Shown: positions 47,900 to 55,286 of the stretch, one piece after another | Position numbering within the stretch: the stretch's first letter is position 1 | How the letters are laid out: each line of letters starts with the position of its first letter | Origin: an uncultured Ruminococcus sp. | GTDB taxonomy: Bacteria > Bacillota > Clostridia > Oscillospirales > Acutalibacteraceae | DNA: 64,000 bases | Assembly (NCBI GenBank): GCA_902802985.1 | Contig: CADCOE010000045.1 | Coordinates: 7,051-71,050 of the forward strand | Direction: 5' to 3' | Notes under the pieces: generated by a model | Databases searched by the model: none | What the model saw: the letters and a program-made list of their open reading frames with translations, nothing else | What the model was told of the DNA's origin: nothing | Made by a program: the position numbers and the translations under genes

Positions 47900-48937
47900 T
47901 CAATATTCGATGATAACACCTTCGTCGCTGTTCACCAGTTCACCGATAACATAAGCATCTTCACCGGCAGCTTTAAGTATCTCGATTGCCTTATCGGCAT
48001 CGGTACTGTCCACTACCACTGTCATACCAACACCCATATTATATGTGTTAAACATATCACGCTCCGGAATATTGCCAGTCTTGGCAATCAGGTCAAAAAT
48101 CGGCAATACCTGTACATCCTTACGCTGTATTTTTACTGAAATACTGTCAGGAAGAGAACGAGGAATGTTTTCATAGAAACCGCCGCCTGTAATGTGGGAA
48201 ACAGACTTTACTTTTACGTTGTCAATCAACGAAAGAATGGCCTTTACATAAATTCTTGTCGGAGTCAGAAGGGCCTCTCCCAAAGTAGCACCAAGCTCAT
48301 CATAATAACAGGCCACTGTTTTTTCGCTGATGTCAAATACCTTACGAACAAGCGAAAAACCGTTAGAGTGTACGCCGCTGGAACGAATACCAATCATCAC
48401 ATCTCCTGCCTTCTGCGTTTCTGGTTGGAGAATTTTATCTTTATCCACAACGCCTACCGAAAAACCTGCAAGATCATATTCATCCTCGGGCATCATACCG
48501 GGATGCTCTGCCGTTTCACCGCCAATGAGTGCACAACCGCTCTGTACACAACCTTCAGCAACACCCTTAACGATCTCGGCTACCTTTTCGGGATAATTTT
48601 TGCCTATAGAAATATAATCGAGGAAAAACTGCGGCTTTGCTCCACAGCAGATAATATCATTGACGCACATTGCCACGCAGTCTATACCGACTGTATCGTG
48701 TTTGTCAAGCAAAAAAGCTACTTTGAGCTTTGTGCCAACACCGTCCGTACCTGAAACCAATACAGGCTTGTTAATACCGGTAGTATCAATTTCAAAAAGA
48801 CCGCCGAAGCCGCCGATACCCGATAAAACACCTTGTGTCATAGTACGTGCCACGTGCTCTTTCATCAACTCCACAGAACGGTAGCCTGCTGTTACGTCAA
48901 CACCTGCTGCCTTGTAGCTGTCACTGAAACTTTTCAT
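47900..48937 (-). CDS. purM: phosphoribosylformylglycinamidine cyclo-ligase
   Basis: 345 aa with YKAAGVDV and DGVGTK motifs. Confidence 0.95.
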   Translation of the reverse strand: MKSFSDSYKAAGVDVTAGYRSVELMKEHVARTMTQGVLSGIGGFGGLFEIDTTGINKPVLVSGTDGVGTKLKVAFLLDKHDTVGIDCVAMCVNDIICCGAKPQFFLDYISIGKNYPEKVAEIVKGVAEGCVQSGCALIGGETAEHPGMMPEDEYDLAGFSVGVVDKDKILQPETQKAGDVMIGIRSSGVHSNGFSLVRKVFDISEKTVACYYDELGATLGEALLTPTRIYVKAILSLIDNVKVKSVSHITGGGFYENIPRSLPDSISVKIQRKDVQVLPIFDLIAKTGNIPERDMFNTYNMGVGMTVVVDSTDADKAIEILKAAGEDAYVIGELVNSDEGVIIEY

Positions 48938-48976
48938 ATTTTACCTCCGATGAACGGCTGTGCCGTCGTTATATTT

Positions 48977-50389
48977 TTATTTTATCTTTTTTGAATATTT
49001 ATCTTCTCTTGAGGTATCGGATACATCAAGAGGATAGTGACCCGTAAAGCACGCATCACAGAAACCGATTGTACACTCTTTGGCGATCTCCTGCAAACTT
49101 TCCGCTGAAAGAAACCCAATGGAATCTGCTCCGATATACTGACAAATTTCATCAATACTTTTGTGTGATGCAATAAGATTTTCCTTTGGTGTGGTATCGC
49201 TGGAAAGATAACAAGAATTTTTAAACGGCGGTGACGCAATCAGCATATGTACCTCTTTCGCTCCTGCCTGTCGGAGCAATTCCACGATATGCCGGCTGGT
49301 TTTGCCTTTCAGGATAGAGTCATCGATCACAATCACTCGCTGACCCTCGACATTATATTTCAAAGCATTCAGCTTAATACGCATCAAATACTCATCATTT
49401 CTTTTGCGGTTATTAAAAGCTCTGCCAATATACTTATTTTTGATCAGTCCCGTGGCATAGCGAATTCCCGATTCCATAGAATAGCCGATAGCCGATTCGA
49501 TACCACAATCGGGAACACCACAGACAATATCCGCATCGATCGGATGCTGCTGTGCCAACAATCTGCCTGCACGCTGGCGTGCCTTGACAACAGGAACTCC
49601 GTCAACTACACTGTCGGGACGTGAAAAATATACGTATTCAAACATACACAGTGCCGTCCTACCGCCACAATTTTCAGTATAACTATGTATGCCGTCACTG
49701 TCAACAACGATCATTTCTCCAGGCTGTACATCACGGATAAATTCTCCTCCCAAAGAGTCAAATACACACGATTCGGAAGTGATCACATAGTTGTCTCCGA
49801 TTTTTCCATAGCAAAGAGGCCGTATACCCATCGGATCACGTACACCGATCAGCTTGCTGGGAGACATCAAAACAACGGCATAGGCTCCTTTCAATCGCTT
49901 CACAGCATCCTGTACAGCTTCTTCTATGGTAGCAGATTTAATTCGGGCACGGGCAATCAAATACGCAATAATTTCGGTATCGCCGTTTGACTGAAAGATA
50001 GCTGCACCTCGATTGAGATCATCACGAAGTTCGGGGTAATTAGTCAATGCCCCGTTCATACAAAGAGCTATCTGTCCTTTAATATAACGCATAGCAAGTG
50101 GTGCAAGGTTGGCACTGTCAACGTGTTCCCCCGAGGAATATTTTACGTGACCAAGTGCGATCTGTCCATTCCCCAATCGCAAAAGCTCTGTTTCCGGCAA
50201 TGCCTCGGGAATCATTCCATAATCTTTATGATATTGAATATTACCGTTATTATTGACGGCAATCCCTGCACCGATCTGACCTCTGTGCTGAAGTGCGTAC
50301 AGAGCAAGATAGGTTTCCTCTACTATATCCAGTTCATCGTCGTTTCGAAAAATTCCAAAAACGCCGCATTCATCATGTAACTCAGACAT
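48977..50389 (-). CDS. purF: amidophosphoribosyltransferase
   Basis: It has the N-terminal nucleophile context ECGVFGI, the PRPP loop VIVIDDSILKGKTS and C-terminal Cys ligands. Confidence 0.95.
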   Translation of the reverse strand: MSELHDECGVFGIFRNDDELDIVEETYLALYALQHRGQIGAGIAVNNNGNIQYHKDYGMIPEALPETELLRLGNGQIALGHVKYSSGEHVDSANLAPLAMRYIKGQIALCMNGALTNYPELRDDLNRGAAIFQSNGDTEIIAYLIARARIKSATIEEAVQDAVKRLKGAYAVVLMSPSKLIGVRDPMGIRPLCYGKIGDNYVITSESCVFDSLGGEFIRDVQPGEMIVVDSDGIHSYTENCGGRTALCMFEYVYFSRPDSVVDGVPVVKARQRAGRLLAQQHPIDADIVCGVPDCGIESAIGYSMESGIRYATGLIKNKYIGRAFNNRKRNDEYLMRIKLNALKYNVEGQRVIVIDDSILKGKTSRHIVELLRQAGAKEVHMLIASPPFKNSCYLSSDTTPKENLIASHKSIDEICQYIGADSIGFLSAESLQEIAKECTIGFCDACFTGHYPLDVSDTSREDKYSKKIK

Positions 50390-50452
50390 AAAAAAGCTCC
50401 TCTTATCCTCTTATTGTCCTGTTATTGGAAAACAGTAATCTAAAATATATTA

Positions 50453-50968
50453 TTACGATTGGAGCAATTCCTGCACCTTTTGTTGAATTGCCTTATCTTT
50501 TTTCGCTACGCCTTCTTTCATAGCGGTCTTTTCGGCTTCCAGCTTTTCTGCAAGCCGGTCATCGGAAAGTGCCAGTATCTGAACAGCAAGAATAGCTGCG
50601 TTATCTGCTCCGTCAATAGCCACTGTCGCAACAGGAATACCTTTTGGCATCTGTACTGTTGCCAAAAGGGCATCAAGCCCATCCAGTGTTGATGACTTGA
50701 TCGGAATACCAATAACGGGAACGGTTGTGTTGGCGGCAAGAACGCCTCCCAAATGTGCTGCCTTGCCTGCTGCAGCAATAATCACACCAAAGCCGTTTCT
50801 GCGGGCATTTGCCGAAAACTCCTCTGCTTCTTTGGGAGTTCTGTGTGCCGACATCACGTGCACCTCAAACGGTACTCCATAAGCGTTAAGAGTTTTAATT
50901 GCTCCCGATACCGTCGGGAAATCGCTGTCGCTGCCCATAATTACAGCAACCTTTTTCTGTTCTGACAT
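50453..50968 (-). CDS. purE: 5-(carboxyamino)imidazole ribonucleotide mutase
   Basis: It has VAVIMGSDSD, SAHRTP and AGKAAHLGGVLA. The start was set at ATG 50968 (RBS gaaaggaag). Confidence 0.9.
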   Translation of the reverse strand: MSEQKKVAVIMGSDSDFPTVSGAIKTLNAYGVPFEVHVMSAHRTPKEAEEFSANARRNGFGVIIAAAGKAAHLGGVLAANTTVPVIGIPIKSSTLDGLDALLATVQMPKGIPVATVAIDGADNAAILAVQILALSDDRLAEKLEAEKTAMKEGVAKKDKAIQQKVQELLQS

Positions 50969-51100
50969 AATCCTGCTTCCTTTCAAGTAATTTATGCATA
51001 CCGGCAGCTTCAAGATTTTGTCCTGCTGGTTACCCACAAGCTTTTAAGGGAACCCGGACAAAAACTTTTAACTTTCGGTCAGGAAAGTACTGCCATTGAT
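50969..51100 (-). promoter_or_regulatory. structured 5' leader of the pur operon, class not recognised
   Basis: Nested helices can be drawn by eye on the minus strand: GGCAG (51090-51094) with CUGCC (51003-51007); UCCUG with CAGGA; GGUUCCC with GGGUAACC. The heptamer AGCAGGA occurs twice (51021-51027 and 50971-50977), and the second copy lies between the SD and the ATG. Confidence 0.3.
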
Positions 51101-51135
51101 ATACACTCTGCCTTTCCATATTTTATATTATATTC

Positions 51136-51176
51136 TGAAAAAATGCAAGACCGATATAGTGAAATATCGGTCTTGG
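51136..51176 (-). terminator. intrinsic terminator after the SPFH gene
   Basis: A 12-bp CAAGACCGATAT / ATATCGGTCTTG stem followed on the minus strand by CATTTTTTC. Confidence 0.8.
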
Positions 51177-51186
51177 AAAAATTATT

Positions 51187-52239
51187 TTATTGTCTGGGTG
51201 CATTCTGCTGCAATACTTGCTGTGCTTTTGCTCTTAGTGCTGCCTGTTGATCAAACTGAGGCAGTGAACTTTGGGCTGTAGTCGGTGAGAAGTTTGAAGC
51301 CGTTTCTGTCTGTACCGAAGATTGTTTCGCCGTCTTGTCGATTTCTCCTTCTACTACCAATTCTTTGAGCGAAGTTGTAAGACTCGCCATCGACTGTATT
51401 TCTGATGGAATAATAATTTTGGTAGCTCTTCCGTCCGCTACTTTCGTAAAGGTTTCAAGACTCTTGAGGGCAATGACACGGTCTGTTGGTGCAGCCTGAT
51501 TAAGCATTCTGAGTGAATCGGCATATGCTCTTTGTACCGCAAGAATAGCGGCTGCTTCACCCTGTGCCTCACGAATTTTGGTTTCCTTGATAGCATCTGC
51601 CCGAAGAATAGCTGCTTCTTTATGACCTTCTGCCACCAAAATCTGGCTGGTCTTTTCACCTTCGGCATCCAAAATTCTGGCACGACGCTCACGTTCTGCT
51701 TTCATTTGCTTTTCCATCGCTACTTGAATTTCACGGGGCGGCAAAATATTTTTCAATTCAACACGCTTTACTTTAATGCCCCACGCATCTGTTGCTTCGT
51801 CAAGAATTTCACGAATTCTGCCGTTGATCTTATCACGTGATGTGAGTGTATTATCCAGTTCCAGTTCACCAATAATATTACGAAGTGTGGTGGCACACAA
51901 TGTTTCGATTGCCATAATCGGACGCTCAACACCATAGGTATAAAGTTTGGGGTCGGTCACTTCAAAATAAACTACCGTGTCGATCTGCATTGATACGTTA
52001 TCACGTGTGATAACAGACTGCGGCTGAAAGTCCACTACCTGCTCTTTAAGAGAGATTTTTTTGGAAATTCTATCCATAAACGGAATTTTCACGTGGATAC
52101 CCTGATTCCATGTTTTATAATACACGCCAAAACGTTCAATAACATAGGCGTTTGCTTGTGGTACTACCTTAATATTAGCGATCAATATACAAACAAATAA
52201 TGCTATTATTATAATAAATGCAATTAATCCTCCTGGCAT
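51187..52239 (-). CDS. SPFH/band-7 (stomatin-like) membrane protein
   Basis: 350 aa with an N-terminal TM, an SPFH core (VIERFGVY...TRDNV...) and a Q/A-rich C-terminal tail. Confidence 0.9.
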   Translation of the reverse strand: MPGGLIAFIIIIALFVCILIANIKVVPQANAYVIERFGVYYKTWNQGIHVKIPFMDRISKKISLKEQVVDFQPQSVITRDNVSMQIDTVVYFEVTDPKLYTYGVERPIMAIETLCATTLRNIIGELELDNTLTSRDKINGRIREILDEATDAWGIKVKRVELKNILPPREIQVAMEKQMKAERERRARILDAEGEKTSQILVAEGHKEAAILRADAIKETKIREAQGEAAAILAVQRAYADSLRMLNQAAPTDRVIALKSLETFTKVADGRATKIIIPSEIQSMASLTTSLKELVVEGEIDKTAKQSSVQTETASNFSPTTAQSSLPQFDQQAALRAKAQQVLQQNAPRQ

Positions 52240-52290
52240 AATGAATTACCTCTTTCTTTCATTAAAATATAACGCTATCATTTGATACCG

Positions 52291-52722
52291 TTAACGACTG
52301 ATAGGAGCAACGATCAATTTTACTCCTTCTATTCGGATAATGGATACATTAGTTCCGACAGGAAGAACCGTTTTGTTTTCAGTAACAGCTGCCCAGTCGT
52401 TATTTTCTACCTTGACTCTTAGTGTTCCCAGATCTTGATCGACAACCTTGGTGACCTGACCAATTTTGCCGATATTCTGATCGGAATTGGTGGGAGTAAA
52501 AGAAAACTTTGTCAATTTTTTGGCCAATGGACGAGTCAAGATAACGGCAAGGATAGTAACGACAAAGAATACAATAATCTGTACGGTCATATCTACTCCG
52601 CAAAGCTCCAGTGCAAGAGCCGCTATTCCTCCCAGTACTGCCCAGATCGATACCAACTGAACCGGTGTAAACCACTCCAGAAGGCACGAAATAACAATTA
52701 CCGCAATCCATATCCACAACAT
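52291..52722 (-). CDS. NfeD-family membrane protein
   Basis: It has three TM segments plus a C-terminal OB-like domain (GKIGQVTK...GTLRVKVEN.DW). The start was set at ATG 52722 because the track start is a GTG. This is the classical NfeD-SPFH pair. Confidence 0.85.
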   Translation of the reverse strand: MLWIWIAVIVISCLLEWFTPVQLVSIWAVLGGIAALALELCGVDMTVQIIVFFVVTILAVILTRPLAKKLTKFSFTPTNSDQNIGKIGQVTKVVDQDLGTLRVKVENNDWAAVTENKTVLPVGTNVSIIRIEGVKLIVAPISR

Positions 52723-52784
52723 ACTATTCACCCCCCTATCAATGAAATAAAATTATCACAAACAAAAATCAATGAATTTTCATT

Positions 52785-54770
52785 TTATGATTTCCGTTTT
52801 TTACTTTTTGATGTACGGTTGTTTTTACCGACATTATTTTTTTTACTCTTGGATGCATTGAGCATATTGTCATATTTTTCAAAAGATATACCGTATTTCT
52901 TTTCCGCTTCGGTCAGCGGTACGGAATGTCTGGATTGATTGGCTCTGCCGTTGACGTCCCTGGTATTTCTTGGACGAATCAGACACTTTTTATCATAGCC
53001 GATCAAATCGGTGCGATGAGCTGTAACCAGAGCTTCGTGTACTAAATCATAATTTTTTGGGTTTTTATATTGTATCAAAGCTCTTTGCATTGCTTTTTCG
53101 TGCGGATTATGAGCAACATAAACAGGCTCCATCGTCCTTGGGTCCACTCCTGTGTAATACATACAAGTAGAAATGGTAGACGGTGTCGGATAAAAATCCT
53201 GCACCTGCTCAGGCATATAGCCCAAATCCCTCAGATATTCCGCAAGAGCGATCGCCTCCTTAATCGTGGAACCGGGATGGGATGACATCAAATACGGCAC
53301 CAAATACTGCGGCTTACCGAGATCTTTATTGATTTTGGCATATTTTTTACAAAAGCTGCGATAAACACTGTTCTCTGGCTTTCCCATTTTTGACAAAACA
53401 GCGTCTGCAATGTGTTCGGGAGCAACCTTAAGCTGACCGCTGATATGGTACTGACACATTTCCTTGAAAAAGGTGTCATCCTTGTCCGCCATAATATAAT
53501 CAAAGCGTATGCCGGAACGGATAAAAACTTTTTTCACTTCCGGAAGTGCCCGCAGCTTTCTTAAAAGAGAAAGATAGTCTGTATGGTCCACCGTCAGATT
53601 TTTACACGGTTTGGGAAACAAGCACTGTTTATTGGTGCAAACCCCTTTGGTAAGCTGTTTCCGGCACGAAGTATGACGGAAATTAGCAGTAGGTCCGCCT
53701 ACATCGTGAATATATCCTTTAAATTCAGGATCTTTGATAATTTCTTTTGCCTCATTGATGATAGACTCGTGACTGCGTGTTTGTATAATGCGTCCTTGAT
53801 GAAAGGTCAATGCACAAAAACTGCATCCGCCAAAACACCCTCGGTTACTAATTAAACTGAATTTCACTTCTTTGATGGCATCAACTCCGCCTGCGCTCTC
53901 ATAACAGGGATGATAATTTCGCATATACGGCAAAGCATAAACGCTGTCCATTTCTTCCTGTGTCAGTGGTTTAGACATCGGATTTTGTACCACATACAAT
54001 CCGTTTTCGTACGGTTCAACAAGCACCTTGCCTGAAAAAGCATCCGTATTACAGTACTGCGTATAAAAGCTTCTGGCATAATTCAGCTTATCCGCTTTCA
54101 GGCTGTCATAAGTCGGAAGCATAATATATTCGGGTAAGTTTTTCAAAGATTTCGATCGGTAGACGGTTCCTCTTACAAAGGTGATTTCCTCTGCAGGAAT
54201 GCCGCTGTTGAGTGCATCTGCGATTTCCACCATAGAATGTTCTCCCATTCCATAGGAAAGAATATCTGCTTGTGAATCCAGCAGTACAGAACGTTTCAGT
54301 GTATCATCCCAATAGTCATAATGTGCCATTCTCCTGAGACTGGCTTCAATGCCGCCGATGATAACAGGCTTATGGCGATAAGTGCGGCGAATTAGATTGC
54401 CATAGACTACAGTAGCGTGATCAGGACGTTTCCCCATCACTCCTCCCGGTGTGAAAAAGTCCTTGGAACGTCTTTTTTTAGATACCGAGTAATGGTTGAC
54501 CATCGAATCCATATTGCCTGCGGAAATAAGAAATCCCAATCGGGGTTCTCCGAACACATTGATGCTGTTTTCGTCCTTCCAATCAGGTTGGGCGACAATG
54601 CCTATTCTATAACCATGAGATTCCAGCAGTCGACTGATAATAGCAGGACCAAAGGATGGATGATCAACATAGGCATCACCGATCACAAAAGTAAAGTCTA
54701 CATAATCCCAGCCTCGTTTATCCATATCCTCACGACATATTGGTAAATAGTCTTTCAAAATATTTTTCAT
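52785..54770 (-). CDS. ygiQ: YgiQ-family (UPF0313) radical SAM protein with Lys-rich C-terminal tail
   Basis: It has the CFGGCSFCA cluster and an N-terminal YgiQ-type domain (DFTFVIGDAYVDHPSFG). The start was set at ATG 54770, which overlaps the upstream stop (ATGA). Confidence 0.85.
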   Translation of the reverse strand: MKNILKDYLPICREDMDKRGWDYVDFTFVIGDAYVDHPSFGPAIISRLLESHGYRIGIVAQPDWKDENSINVFGEPRLGFLISAGNMDSMVNHYSVSKKRRSKDFFTPGGVMGKRPDHATVVYGNLIRRTYRHKPVIIGGIEASLRRMAHYDYWDDTLKRSVLLDSQADILSYGMGEHSMVEIADALNSGIPAEEITFVRGTVYRSKSLKNLPEYIMLPTYDSLKADKLNYARSFYTQYCNTDAFSGKVLVEPYENGLYVVQNPMSKPLTQEEMDSVYALPYMRNYHPCYESAGGVDAIKEVKFSLISNRGCFGGCSFCALTFHQGRIIQTRSHESIINEAKEIIKDPEFKGYIHDVGGPTANFRHTSCRKQLTKGVCTNKQCLFPKPCKNLTVDHTDYLSLLRKLRALPEVKKVFIRSGIRFDYIMADKDDTFFKEMCQYHISGQLKVAPEHIADAVLSKMGKPENSVYRSFCKKYAKINKDLGKPQYLVPYLMSSHPGSTIKEAIALAEYLRDLGYMPEQVQDFYPTPSTISTCMYYTGVDPRTMEPVYVAHNPHEKAMQRALIQYKNPKNYDLVHEALVTAHRTDLIGYDKKCLIRPRNTRDVNGRANQSRHSVPLTEAEKKYGISFEKYDNMLNASKSKKNNVGKNNRTSKSKKRKS

Positions 54771-55138
54771 TGTCCATTTTCTCCGGCAGTCTGAAAATAC
54801 GTTTCCCACTCAGGCTGCTTAAAACCGACCAAAACTTTATCGTCTGTCACCACCAACGGTCGTTTTATCAGCATACCATCTGTAGCCAAAAGGCGAAGCT
54901 GTTCTTCTTCACTCATTTGAGGAAGTTTTTCTTTCAGCTGCATTGATTTATAGAGCATACCGCTTGTATTGAAAAAACGCTTTAATGGCAAATGGCTTCT
55001 TTCATACCATTCCTTTAACTCATCATAAGTAGGATTATGTTCCTTGATGTGTCGGTCAGTATATTCAATATGATTTTCGTCCAGCCACGCTTTGGCCCTT
55101 TTGCACGTGGTACATTTCGGATACTCTATCAACAACAT
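54767..55138 (-). CDS. ArsC/Spx-family thioredoxin-fold protein
   Basis: 123 aa with the N-terminal CTTC redox motif (YPKCTTCKRAKAWL) and LIKRPLV. Confidence 0.8.
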   Translation of the reverse strand: MLLIEYPKCTTCKRAKAWLDENHIEYTDRHIKEHNPTYDELKEWYERSHLPLKRFFNTSGMLYKSMQLKEKLPQMSEEEQLRLLATDGMLIKRPLVVTDDKVLVGFKQPEWETYFQTAGENGQ

Positions 55139-55203
55139 TGGTATCTCTCCTTTACTGTTTCATTATCAAGTTGTTTTTGTCACACATTATTATCAATATA
55201 TAC

Positions 55204-55255
55204 AAAAACCGCCTTGATATGATGAATATATTATAACATATCAAAGCGGTTTTTA
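55204..55255. terminator. bidirectional intrinsic terminator (end of the cobalamin-riboswitch operon)
   Basis: A 17-bp imperfect AAAACCGCCTTGATATG / CATATCAAAGCGGTTTT stem flanked by A and T runs. Confidence 0.75.
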
Positions 55256-55286
55256 AAATATGTTTTTATTTACTTTTTTATACAAT

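Noticed and set aside
45207-48754. Series of 110-190-aa plus-strand ORFs across the pur operon (45207-45713, 46483-46986, 47490-47831, 48194-48754)
   Set aside because: All are antisense to unambiguous pur genes and have a low-complexity composition, so they are treated as artefacts.
50969-51135. Calling the purE leader a guanine, ZTP or PRPP riboswitch
   Set aside because: The conserved cores of these classes, as I remember them, are not present in order. Only short fragments (GGGUUCC, GGACAAAA) match. It is kept as an unclassified structured leader.
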